Shown one piece after another: positions 55,329 to 64,000 of a DNA stretch of 64,000 bases (position 1 is the stretch's first letter; every line of letters starts with the position of its first letter). The position numbers were made by a program, and so were the translations under genes. This DNA is from a virus (lineage: Duplodnaviria; Heunggongvirae; Uroviricota; Caudoviricetes). Below the pieces are notes generated by a model, which was not told the DNA's origin, did no database searches, and saw only the letters and a list, made by a program, of their open reading frames with translations. The stretch lies in IMG/VR virus record IMGVR_UViG_3300012983_000030; one strand, 5' to 3'.

Positions 55329-55808
55329 ATGACAAGACAATGTATAGTTGATAAAGATGAATTACATACTCGTGTAATGGAATTATTTAAACGTAGATGT
55401 AAAGTATATCTTGGTATACCAGAAGTATCAGATAATCGTAAAGAATGGTCTACTGCTGTGCAGCGTGAATATAAAAATGCACACTCTACAGTATATCATC
55501 AAATGAGACGTGAGCTTAAAGATAAAGCAAATAACTTTTGGTTAAATCTAATTGATAATGGTAATATTAAGGCACTATTAGAAAAGCATGGACTAACTAT
55601 TCACTGTGGCGAAGTATGTTGTAAAGATGCTGGTGCTCTTATTATTGCTAAGTATATAACAGAAATAGTATTGCCTGAACTTGAAGAGCTTGGAATAACT
55701 GGAGTTAAAATGGCAAAGAGACCATCTGGATTAAAAAGAAGTATTCTTGACTTCACTAAAGCTGAGGTAGTACAAACAGCAGGTACTGCTGTTGAGAAGG
55801 AGGACTAA
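55329..55808 (+). CDS. hypothetical protein
   Basis: 159-aa ORF; Shine-Dalgarno AAGGAG. Confidence 0.4.
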   Translation: MTRQCIVDKDELHTRVMELFKRRCKVYLGIPEVSDNRKEWSTAVQREYKNAHSTVYHQMRRELKDKANNFWLNLIDNGNIKALLEKHGLTIHCGEVCCKDAGALIIAKYITEIVLPELEELGITGVKMAKRPSGLKRSILDFTKAEVVQTAGTAVEKED

Positions 55809-55976
55809 ATGAAATGGTATTTTATAAGAAAAGGAGTATTCTGTGCAAGAAATAAAGAATGTTTATTATTTAGATTAATAAAAGAAAATGACTTTGAAGT
55901 TCAAGGTCCTTTCAAAAATAAAGCTGAAGCAGAAAGAGCATGGAATCTATTTATGAGTCAACAAAAAAGTAGTTAA
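55809..55976 (+). CDS. small hypothetical protein
   Basis: 55 aa; Shine-Dalgarno GAAGGAGG. Below the ORF-track size cutoff. Confidence 0.3.
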   Translation: MKWYFIRKGVFCARNKECLLFRLIKENDFEVQGPFKNKAEAERAWNLFMSQQKSS

Positions 55977-56047
55977 GTAGAAACCTGCTTTACTTTCTGA
56001 TTTAATATGATATATTAATTTAACAATTTTTACAAAAGGAGTCTAAT

Positions 56048-56452
56048 ATGTTTAAAGTAGTACAAAAAAATAATGTCAATAAATTCGTTGAATTTAAAAC
56101 TAAAGAAGAAGCACAAGCTTTTCTTGCTAGTAAAGGACGTGCAGCTAACTTCTTTAGGATTGAAGAGGTAGTTACTGAACCTGCAGCAAATACAGAAGAA
56201 CGTGATTGGAAGAAATCAATTGACTGGTCAGATGCTGTACAAATTACACGTAATAATGTAAGACTTTTCTATAAAAAGATGGGATACATTAAAGTAATTA
56301 ATCCTGCAGGAAAAACTTTACACATTGGAAGAACCAGAAATATGGGTAAGGTATTTAGTAACTATGTTAATTGTAACAGATATAATCAGTCATATGATTT
56401 TAACTTAGATCGTGGTGACAGATTATTCTTTAAAGAAACAGAATCATTCTAA
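56048..56452 (+). CDS. hypothetical protein
   Basis: 134-aa ORF; Shine-Dalgarno AAAGGAG. Confidence 0.4.
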   Translation: MFKVVQKNNVNKFVEFKTKEEAQAFLASKGRAANFFRIEEVVTEPAANTEERDWKKSIDWSDAVQITRNNVRLFYKKMGYIKVINPAGKTLHIGRTRNMGKVFSNYVNCNRYNQSYDFNLDRGDRLFFKETESF

Positions 56453-56463
56453 GGAGGAATATA

Positions 56464-56742
56464 ATGACAAAAGTATCCCCAAATATTACACCTTTATCTC
56501 AAAATGCAATAACTGCAACTAGAAAGGATGTAGATCCCAAGGATATAGTAAATATAAAATATGTAGTAATTGCAGAGGAAAAACCTGAAATAAGGGGAAC
56601 ATCTAAACCAATGCGTTTACGAATGGGAGCAAAGACTTTAGAAGAAGCAGAACAAATGCTTGAACAAATTCAGTCAATGCCGGGTGGAAGTATGCTGTTT
56701 AATTTTAGAATAGAAAAATCACCTATCGAAACTAAAGAATAA
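56464..56742 (+). CDS. hypothetical protein
   Basis: 92-aa ORF; Shine-Dalgarno AAGGAGG. Confidence 0.4.
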   Translation: MTKVSPNITPLSQNAITATRKDVDPKDIVNIKYVVIAEEKPEIRGTSKPMRLRMGAKTLEEAEQMLEQIQSMPGGSMLFNFRIEKSPIETKE

Positions 56743-56807
56743 GTTTTAACTAATTGGGATGGGGCTATTGTTCCATCCCACAAATTTCTAAGAAAGGAGG
56801 TAAGACA

Positions 56808-57101
56808 ATGAGAGAGATCAATATCAATAAAACTTTATCAATATTTATCAATAGCTTAATTGGTATTGATAATTCGCGTTGTGCATTTACAAGTAGTATA
56901 ACTAAAGAAGTATGTATGCTTTATACAATATCGGATACAATAGCAGATAAAGTAAATCTTTTAAAGCTGAATGACCAACTTAAAAAACTTGGTATAAATA
57001 TAGCAAATAAAGGTGATCATGTAATTGTATTAAAATTAGAAGATATGAATAAAGTATTAACCTTATGCCGTATGCAAGGCAAAGCGGTATATCATAATTA
57101 A
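56808..57101 (+). CDS. hypothetical protein
   Basis: Start at ATG 56808 with AAAGGAGG upstream. The ORF track began it at 56754. Confidence 0.4.
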   Translation: MREININKTLSIFINSLIGIDNSRCAFTSSITKEVCMLYTISDTIADKVNLLKLNDQLKKLGINIANKGDHVIVLKLEDMNKVLTLCRMQGKAVYHN

Positions 57102-57124
57102 CCTAACCACGAAGGAGAATGGAC

Positions 57125-57937
57125 ATGTATATTGATTTACAAAAGACAGAAGATGTTTATTTAATATGTAATAAACTAAAATTAGATATCAAAACTTACG
57201 GTATGTTAGATATAAATAACGATTTATCAAATCATTATAAAACTAGTCTTATTTATCATAAAACAATAGTGTCAGATATACTACCAGATTGTACATCATT
57301 TAGTAGAAAAGATTATGACATCTTTAAATGCAAAAGAGCTAAATTATACTATACACAAACTGATTTATGTGATTTTAAGACTTCTCAATGGGAAAATAGT
57401 GATAAAAAGAATAAATTATTATTTGCAATTTCTAGTATAACTGGTGTAAAAATATTTAACATGCATACTAAAACCGCAGAAGGTATGAATTTATATGAAT
57501 TTAAACACATAGAATATTTAAAGCGTAAACCACAAATATTTGTGTTATTATCAGATAGTTTAGAATATCTCAATGATAATCAATCAAAGCCTTCAATATT
57601 ACAAGTAGATAAATTAAAACTGTTTAATAATATTTATAGACCTAGTATAGAGGCAACTTTAAATAGTATTGGATTAGATCGCAGTTATGATGATATTGCA
57701 TTGAAGGAAGACGCAGTAACTCTTAGAGTAGGACTATCAAAATCTTTAAGAAGAGAAATATTATTAAAGATGAAAGATCATTTACCAATGATCTTAGAAG
57801 AAGTTACTGATAATAAATTTAATAAGACATTAACTGAAATAAATGTTAATGTAGACAGACTTATTGATGATATTGCAAATTCTTTTGATATGTTATATAC
57901 AACATCATTAGATGTGGATACTAAAAATCTTTTGTAA
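57125..57937 (+). CDS. hypothetical protein
   Basis: Start at ATG 57125 with AAGGAG nine nt upstream. The ORF track began it at 57119. Confidence 0.4.
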   Translation: MYIDLQKTEDVYLICNKLKLDIKTYGMLDINNDLSNHYKTSLIYHKTIVSDILPDCTSFSRKDYDIFKCKRAKLYYTQTDLCDFKTSQWENSDKKNKLLFAISSITGVKIFNMHTKTAEGMNLYEFKHIEYLKRKPQIFVLLSDSLEYLNDNQSKPSILQVDKLKLFNNIYRPSIEATLNSIGLDRSYDDIALKEDAVTLRVGLSKSLRREILLKMKDHLPMILEEVTDNKFNKTLTEINVNVDRLIDDIANSFDMLYTTSLDVDTKNLL

Positions 57938-57948
57938 AGGAGGATACC

Positions 57949-58509
57949 ATGAGTTACGAAATATATAAATCTATTAAACAATTACCAGATAATAGTTTTA
58001 AAACAGTCTCGGCTTCCTCTAATTGTACTAATGCATTTGGAGGAAGAGACTTCTCTACTGGTAAGATTGACTTTTTCAGAGATAATTGGCCATATGCAAA
58101 TGCTGAAGAAACAAGAGCACTTTGGTTAATCTATTCTGCATACAATGGTGATAAATTTTATCCGGCTAATTGGAAAGCAGACCAAAGATTAGCTTATAGA
58201 TTTATGCAAGATAATGGATACGATGTAAGAGATATAATAGCTGACCATAATCTTTGGTTAGATAGAGCACGCGAATTCGTTAAATACAAACGTGACAATA
58301 AAAGAAATAATCCAAAGAAATATTACATTGTACAAATGGGTGGTCATTTTATAGAGCGTAGAACAAAGAACAGATGTTATCAATGCTGGCATAAAGAAAA
58401 TGCTAAAATCTTTCATACTTCATTGGAAGAATTAACTAGAATGTTTAGAGGATACGCTAGTTATAAACCAACCTTTGTGGAAGTAACAAAAGAAGGGGAA
58501 CCAGTATAA
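57949..58509 (+). CDS. hypothetical protein
   Basis: 186-aa ORF; Shine-Dalgarno AAGGAGG. Confidence 0.4.
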   Translation: MSYEIYKSIKQLPDNSFKTVSASSNCTNAFGGRDFSTGKIDFFRDNWPYANAEETRALWLIYSAYNGDKFYPANWKADQRLAYRFMQDNGYDVRDIIADHNLWLDRAREFVKYKRDNKRNNPKKYYIVQMGGHFIERRTKNRCYQCWHKENAKIFHTSLEELTRMFRGYASYKPTFVEVTKEGEPV

Positions 58510-59198
58510 TGAAAGTAACTAAAGTTAAAAAGACATGGTGGGTATTAAGTAAATACAAAGGCATGTCAGGTGGTGAAGCAGAATATAGTAAATATTTATC
58601 TATTACAAAGACTAGACCAGTAAGAGATGCTGAAGACTTACTATATTTCTTATCTGATGGGTATGAGGTAACTTTAACGGAAGAGGACATCCTAAATGAC
58701 CCCAGACTTAACATGCCTTTTCTTAAACCTGCTACTGTAGCGTCGGTAGTACGTGATATGTACTTTCCTAATGCAGAGGAATGTTTCATAAATAGTGATG
58801 AAGATTACTATCTTCTTACTGATGACCACGGTAAATTAATTCATTCAACAATAACTGTCTTCTTAAAAAGAGAACAAAGATTTGATTTAACTAAAAAAGA
58901 TAGAGCCAGAATTGATAAAAAAGAAGCATTGAAAACCAATCAGAAATTAGTAAAGACTTTTGCATTAGGTAGTATTGAAGAAGTACTTGCTAAGTATGGT
59001 ATGGAAATACGTTTTAATTCAGTTAGATTTAAAGATTCAAATACTCTTAAAAAGTTTGTAATACAAGCACTTGAACAAACGATTGTTAAAGAGTTAAATG
59101 ATCTCGGACTTGATGTTAAATTAAGTAAGCGCTTTCAAAAGCTAACTCCAAAATCAACATTAATTGAAATGGAAAAAATACTATTAAAACAGCAATAA
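58509..59198 (+). CDS. hypothetical protein
   Basis: 229-aa ORF; its start overlaps the stop of the upstream gene. Confidence 0.4.
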   Translation: MKVTKVKKTWWVLSKYKGMSGGEAEYSKYLSITKTRPVRDAEDLLYFLSDGYEVTLTEEDILNDPRLNMPFLKPATVASVVRDMYFPNAEECFINSDEDYYLLTDDHGKLIHSTITVFLKREQRFDLTKKDRARIDKKEALKTNQKLVKTFALGSIEEVLAKYGMEIRFNSVRFKDSNTLKKFVIQALEQTIVKELNDLGLDVKLSKRFQKLTPKSTLIEMEKILLKQQ

Positions 59199-59352
59199 TA
59201 TGCTTTACACAGAAAATAGTATATATTATTATAACTTGGTATAATCTATAGACTAAGGAGAACAGAAATGAAAAAATCTACTGCGATTAAAATTAAAATA
59301 ATCAAATCTAAAGGCATAAAAAGAAAGTAATTTAATTAAATTGGAGGTTATA

Positions 59353-60216
59353 ATGGATATAAAGAAACTAATTAATACACTAGGTCTTGCTTATCGAGGT
59401 GTAAATAAAACTAATAATACTGAATTTCTTAAAGGTATTACAGTTGCATGTGACCTCCAAAACAATGGTGAATGGATAAAGCATTGTATGAAACTTGATC
59501 CTCGTCACTGTAGTGAGTATTTAGTACTAAGTGAAGAAGATAAGTTATATGCAAATGGTAAACTACTGTTACAGTTTCCTGCTGATAAAATAACTTTACC
59601 TTTATTAGAAAGAGCTTTAAATGCAGAAGCTCCTCTTACACCAAGTATGGTTGCTACTAATAAAGTTTTAAAGAATATTATTACTAATGAATTGATTATT
59701 AAGAAAGCTAAGTTTTCGTCATATGACTATGATACTGGTTCTTCTTACGAATATTATCATTTCGATTGGTTAAAATTATGGAATAAAAAAGGTAAGTCAT
59801 TTTCTGAATTAACAGGAATAACAGATTTACCTGGTATATATAGAGCATTGAGTATGTGTCATATATTGGATACTAGACCTTCTATGCCTATTCCTACTAA
59901 AGTAACTTCTGCCTTATCTAAGTTACAGCTATCTGATGATTTCTTTTCAGTAATGGAAGAAGTAAGAGCCAGACGTGCTGTATATGAACATATAACTGAA
60001 GAATTTTATAAAAAGAGAAATAGTTTAGCTTGGTCTGTTAGAGATTCAATAAAAAGAGAATATATTCCAATATCTGATAATCCAGAAGAAGACGAATTAT
60101 TTATTGCAATGCTAAGAATGTCCGGTGGATTAAATAAATATATGGAAAATGGTATATGGAAAAGTAGTACTGCTTATGTAAAAGCATGTATATATGTGTT
60201 AACCCAACAAAGATAA
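59353..60216 (+). CDS. hypothetical protein
   Basis: Start at ATG 59353 with a GGAGG site upstream. The ORF track began it at 59341. Confidence 0.4.
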   Translation: MDIKKLINTLGLAYRGVNKTNNTEFLKGITVACDLQNNGEWIKHCMKLDPRHCSEYLVLSEEDKLYANGKLLLQFPADKITLPLLERALNAEAPLTPSMVATNKVLKNIITNELIIKKAKFSSYDYDTGSSYEYYHFDWLKLWNKKGKSFSELTGITDLPGIYRALSMCHILDTRPSMPIPTKVTSALSKLQLSDDFFSVMEEVRARRAVYEHITEEFYKKRNSLAWSVRDSIKREYIPISDNPEEDELFIAMLRMSGGLNKYMENGIWKSSTAYVKACIYVLTQQR

Positions 60217-60228
60217 AGGAGAAATGCT

Positions 60229-60363
60229 ATGTGGTATGTACATTTAAATGGTAGAGTTCTTCCAACGCCTTATCAACAATATCGTGATTGTATGGATGAG
60301 TGTGAAAGACTCAAAAGAACAATGGTTGCTGTAATAGTATACCCTGTATTAATTCAAGACTAG
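60229..60363 (+). CDS. small hypothetical protein
   Basis: 44 aa; Shine-Dalgarno AAAGGAG. Below the ORF-track size cutoff. Confidence 0.25.
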   Translation: MWYVHLNGRVLPTPYQQYRDCMDECERLKRTMVAVIVYPVLIQD

Positions 60364-60379
60364 ATGAAGGAGAACCACG

Positions 60380-60649
60380 ATGAGTGAAAATATTACACCT
60401 GAACAAATGCTAGCCTTACAAGTAGTACTTCAAAAGAAGCTGCGTCCTCTTGGTATATTTATAACTTATTCTCATTGTGGTTTTCCTCTGGTATGTTTAT
60501 CAGGTCCATGGAATCGACGTTTCCAAGACTTAATAACTACTTGTAAAAAATTAGACATTGATATAGATGTTATAGATGATAAACACTTCCAAATATATTC
60601 TGATAATATAGAAGCTGTTACCGGTTTATTGAATATTACTAAAATATAA
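60380..60649 (+). CDS. hypothetical protein
   Basis: 89-aa ORF; Shine-Dalgarno GAAGGAG. Confidence 0.4.
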   Translation: MSENITPEQMLALQVVLQKKLRPLGIFITYSHCGFPLVCLSGPWNRRFQDLITTCKKLDIDIDVIDDKHFQIYSDNIEAVTGLLNITKI

Positions 60650-60658
60650 GAGGTCTAA

Positions 60659-60970
60659 GTGTTTGATTTAAAAGAAATATCTGATTTAATATATAGAAAA
60701 TTATCAATTAGAGTAGGTGTAACATTACATTACACTACTGAAGGGGAAATGTATGTATTAAAGAAAGACATCTTACCTCATCCTTATCATGATAATTTAC
60801 ATAAGTCAATATATCAGTTAAATAATGAAATAAATAAGCTACATTTAGAAAAATTCTTTAATGATAATGATATTCCATATGCATTAGTAGATAACCCAAA
60901 GTATATATTTGTATTCTATTTGGCACCTAAAGATATGGAATTTCTTATTGGTTTACTGTTAATAAAATAA
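60659..60970 (+). CDS. hypothetical protein (GTG start)
   Basis: GTG start with AAGAGG upstream; 103 aa. Confidence 0.35.
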   Translation: MFDLKEISDLIYRKLSIRVGVTLHYTTEGEMYVLKKDILPHPYHDNLHKSIYQLNNEINKLHLEKFFNDNDIPYALVDNPKYIFVFYLAPKDMEFLIGLLLIK

Positions 60971-61092
60971 AAAAATGTTTTACAATATTTAAATATATGC
61001 TATAAATAAGATTGTCGTGAGGGTAATATATAGATAAAGACCATGATCATAGACTCCCTCCCCGATCCCCAAATCTATATATTACAAGGCAA

Positions 61093-61125
61093 GAGTAGGT
61101 TTTTAGTCCGCCTACTCTTTTTTTA
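61093..61125 (+). terminator. rho-independent terminator
   Basis: Hairpin AGAGTAGG...CCTACTCT followed by a T-run. Confidence 0.55.
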
Positions 61126-61209
61126 TGTTCTATATTTTGTTAAGGTAACGCGCCGTCTTAACCTAAGGTATCCTTAGAAAGGCGTACTTAAATAATAGGA
61201 TATAATAAA

Positions 61210-61599
61210 ATGCTTAATAAATTAATCGCTACAGGTACTGTATTAGAAGAAAACGAAGTTAAAATCGTTGCTTCTGTATATGTTGATCTTATGGAAGATG
61301 GTTCTGAATCTACAGAAGTTGGTGCTCACTATGTTACTCTTTCTTATGCAAATGGTAACGCTGAAGCTCAACCAATGGATGCTATGACATTTGCTGACAT
61401 TGCTGCAGCTGCTGGTGCAAAAGAAGAATCAGGTGCCGAAGAAGAATCTGCTGCTGCAGGTTTAGTTGTTCCTGGTTTCGAAGGTCATGCTGATGTTGAA
61501 TTAGCTGCTCCTTTCGCTGTTAGATATAGCAAAACTAAATCTTTCATGCGTGTTGACGGTACAGTTCAAGTTAATGTTGCTATGCGTTATGTATTCTAA
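61210..61599 (+). CDS. hypothetical protein whose codon usage suggests very high expression
   Basis: Codon usage is dominated by GCT, GGT, GAA and GTT, unlike the neighbouring genes. It is an isolated transcription unit between terminators. The product is 129 aa with an Ala/Glu-rich low-complexity centre. Confidence 0.5.
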   Translation: MLNKLIATGTVLEENEVKIVASVYVDLMEDGSESTEVGAHYVTLSYANGNAEAQPMDAMTFADIAAAAGAKEESGAEEESAAAGLVVPGFEGHADVELAAPFAVRYSKTKSFMRVDGTVQVNVAMRYVF

Positions 61600-61623
61600 T
61601 TAGAAAATTAGAGTATAAATTTA

Positions 61624-61660
61624 GGGTCTTGATTAACTTCTTGACCCTTTTTTATTCTCC
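61624..61660 (+). terminator. rho-independent terminator
   Basis: Hairpin AGGGTC...GACCCT followed by a T-run. Confidence 0.6.
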
Positions 61661-61819
61661 CTCACTCATTTTTTTACTTTTAGACAAGAAAAAATAGACA
61701 AAATTTCTAATTTCAATTATTTAATAAAATCAATGACTTATAAAAAATGAGGTGTTGTTTTGTATATAGGGAAAACACTACAAATGTCTTGTCCAAAAAT
61801 CAATTATAGACAAAAAAAA

Positions 61820-62050
61820 TTACCAGCCTCTTTCGATGTAATATGTCATTATATACATTCTTATTACTGATAATCTTTCTAATTTTAATGGTTTCCACTG
61901 TATACTTTGGCATTTAAGTATATGTTCACATTTCTTTTGTAATGCTTCTTCTGTACATTCTGCTATTTCAAACTTAATATAATGCTCAGAATTACTTATT
62001 TCATTTACACGGTCTCTATCTTCAAAACATTTTATAATATCTTTAGACAT
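61820..62050 (-). CDS. hypothetical protein
   Basis: 76-aa ORF on the minus strand. Confidence 0.3.
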   Translation of the reverse strand: MSKDIIKCFEDRDRVNEISNSEHYIKFEIAECTEEALQKKCEHILKCQSIQWKPLKLERLSVIRMYIMTYYIERGW

Positions 62051-63051
62051 AATATATCCCTACATTAATTTAATACATTTTATAGAATTTGAAAAAAAGT
62101 ATTTACAAATAAAAAAATATATGTTATATATAAATTGATTTGTCAGATTTAGTTAATCCTAGATTTTAGTCTTGGTTTAATCTAGTTTGAAATAAAAAAC
62201 ACACAGAATGAAATATAAGGCATTTTTGTATTTCATTTTTCCTTTTTGAAGACTAGATGTAGAAATATGTCTGGTCTTTTTTATTAAGACACACATAAAC
62301 AGCTAAAATTTGACCATACAGCTATCTAATTCTAATTTTCTAACTTAGGCTACTAGAAAAGTAGAAATATTGTCCTACGGTCAAAAAATGTATTTTTTTT
62401 TAATTTTCTGCTTTACTTTTATAAAAATATATATTATATTGAATAATGTAAATGATGAAAAAGTATTATTAATATACGTAAGCCTCAAATACGGTTGTGT
62501 TAAGTCAATGATAGCACCAGCATATGGCAAGCTTTCATCATTACAAAGGGTTATTATTTATCATTTTTTTGAATGTAAGTGCGGTTTGAAACTTCATCTA
62601 CATCGATGTATACTTGATATGTATTTCCCTCATCATCAGTAATTAAAAAAAACCAGGTGTCGTTCGAGCTTGGTTTTTTTATTTTTTTTTTGCTTTACAT
62701 TTAAATATTTATGTGTTAAATTAAATAACGTAATAATAAGAATGTTTCTTGTTCTTACATGTTGGTACATATTAAATATCTTGAGTACATTGAGTATTAA
62801 TATGTTTGACATGCTGAATATAAAGTCTATATATTATATTCAGTTTAAAAGTCACCTCCTTCAAGTTACGGTCTTATACTTTTGGACCGTACAAAAATAA
62901 AGGATATTCTGCTAGTATAGACCTAGTTGAACAGCTTATGACTTATAGTAATATTTTTTATCTTTACTATTACTTTTTATGAAGCTAAAAGAATATTACA
63001 AAAGTATAAATTCTTTTCATAGTTTGAAAAAAAAAAACAATGTTAGTCATT

Positions 63052-63092
63052 AGTTCCTCCTAGTTTTTCGACTTCTAGGAGGAATTTTTTTA
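63052..63092. terminator. bidirectional terminator
   Basis: Perfect stem TCCTCCTAG / CTAGGAGGA followed by a T-run. It abuts the stop of the minus-strand gene at 63090. Confidence 0.6.
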
Positions 63093-64000
63093 TTCATTAT
63101 ACCATACAAACTTTTTAGAGCCACATCCATGACATTCAAATAGCTTACCTTCATTTACCATTTGCTTATATTGTTGATATGCATATGGACTTCTATTAAT
63201 TCTTTGCATTTTATTATTAATAGTAATATAAAACTTATCTGGACCGGTATATCCTTCTAATTGAAATCCTGCTTCTTCATATCCTTTACCACTGAATAAA
63301 TTCCAATCACTAAAGCATAGTATATTATTCGGTTTATACGTATCAATAAAATATTTTAATAATTTGCTAGTACCACCTACTACTTTATTATTACTACTAA
63401 TACAACCGCGAACCCATTCATACTCATATTTATCTATGCTATTATAACTATATTGTCTAGCTTTATTAAAGGAAGCTATCTGTACTAATTCATTTTTATA
63501 GTATAATCCTAGCTTAATACTAGCACTTCTATATCCTTGTACGTGATATTTATTACAAAATTCTCTATAATCAGCAGTACTAACATCTCTTATTTCGCAT
63601 TTACGCGCATATATTTTTTCACCACGTATAATTCCTAATCTAGCAGCTATAATATCTTTAATAATTTCTTTTTGATTTTTCCACTGATCTTCCCATACTT
63701 GTATTAATTCTATACCTTCTTTATATGCAATTACATTCTTATTGAAGTGATAATTCTTTCCTCTATGGTTTATGCCATTACTAGCATGATAATAACAACC
63801 ATTGTACTCTACTGCTAAGTTTTTTTCTTTTACGTATATATCTAGTTCAAATCTATTATGATCTTTACCTATCACATACTTATTAGTACTAAAGCCTAAT
63901 GACTCTATATACTCTCTAATTTCTAATTCCCCTTTAGAAGAAAATAGTGTACCATTCTCACTTTTAGTTTGAAATGCTTTAAGATATCTTTCTTTCCACT
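63090..64000 (-). CDS. endonuclease-domain protein (DUF559/Vsr-like PD-(D/E)XK fold), partial; the N-terminus lies beyond the window end
   Basis: FELDIYVKEKNLAVEYNGCYYH motif. The reading frame has no stop between the listed GTG start at 63875 and position 64000, so the gene continues out of the window. Confidence 0.45.
   Translation of the reverse strand, partial: WKERYLKAFQTKSENGTLFSSKGELEIREYIESLGFSTNKYVIGKDHNRFELDIYVKEKNLAVEYNGCYYHASNGINHRGKNYHFNKNVIAYKEGIELIQVWEDQWKNQKEIIKDIIAARLGIIRGEKIYARKCEIRDVSTADYREFCNKYHVQGYRSASIKLGLYYKNELVQIASFNKARQYSYNSIDKYEYEWVRGCISSNNKVVGGTSKLLKYFIDTYKPNNILCFSDWNLFSGKGYEEAGFQLEGYTGPDKFYITINNKMQRINRSPYAYQQYKQMVNEGKLFECHGCGSKKFVWYNE

Noticed and set aside
62370-62900. 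Two plus-strand ORFs (90 and 76 aa) in the 62.1-63.0 kb AT-rich spacer
   Set aside because: No Shine-Dalgarno sites, hydrophobic low-complexity translations typical of AT-rich non-coding DNA, and a terminator-like hairpin at 62648-62680 lies between them.
1-64000. Prophage, integrase or CRISPR features
   Set aside because: No integrase-like or recombinase-like ORF, no attachment-site-like repeat pair, and no regularly spaced short direct repeats with unique spacers were seen. The repeats at 41.2-41.5 kb are about 35 bp and about 120 bp apart, with AT-rich spacers and promoter motifs, so they are not CRISPR-like.

Overview
This 64 kb window is AT-rich (about 30% GC) and looks like part of a large tailed-phage genome (contractile tail) whose host is probably a low-GC Gram-positive bacterium; Shine-Dalgarno sites consistently match AAGGAG. 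No rRNA, CRISPR array or integrase is visible.

The content, in order, is:
- 1-5.5 kb, minus strand: the start of a tail fiber gene (1-639), an SPFH/band-7 flotillin-like coiled-coil protein, a T4 gp18-like tail sheath protein, and a Stealth-family hexose-1-phosphoryl transferase.
- 5.5-9.3 kb: a run of strongly acidic proteins of unknown function.
- 9.5-17.6 kb: two GT2 glycosyltransferases and a replication/recombination module (SWIM zinc-finger protein, VRR-NUC nuclease, SF2 DEAH helicase, DnaB-like helicase).
- 18-20.5 kb: nucleotide-metabolism genes (GMP reductase, MazG-like).
- 21.1-35.7 kb: an array of about 25 tRNA genes, all on the plus strand. It includes several non-canonical tRNA-like elements, two tRNA-like genes carrying insertions of about 45-50 nt, and islands of structured non-coding sequence. 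Interleaved with the tRNAs are an RNase H, an acyl carrier protein, a DUF2828/vWA protein, a CofE-like ligase, two further tail-fiber genes, a T4 DenV-like pyrimidine-dimer glycosylase and HNH or homing-endonuclease genes.
- 35.7-40.4 kb: a DnaJ-domain membrane protein followed by a run of small unknown genes with AAGGAG sites and a KilA-C/antirepressor-like protein of atypical composition.
- 40.4-41.7 kb: a 1.3 kb non-coding control region. It holds a pyrimidine-only tract, a CCCCCGGGGG palindrome, CAGTCTAAT iterons, terminator hairpins fused to a conserved 20-mer, and three stem-loops spaced about 120 bp apart. The stem-loops have a conserved loop, covarying stems, and a consensus -35/-10 promoter in front of each.
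- 41.7-61 kb: a long run of small plus-strand genes with the look of an early or host-takeover region. It includes a MoxR-like AAA ATPase followed by an HExxH-metallopeptidase plus vWA protein (a VMAP-type pair).
- 61-64 kb: one codon-adapted gene between strong terminators, and a partial endonuclease-like gene running off the window end.

The most unusual elements are the 1.3 kb control region, the aberrant tRNA-like RNAs, the MoxR-vWA pair and the phage-borne glycan module (Stealth transferase plus two GT2 enzymes).
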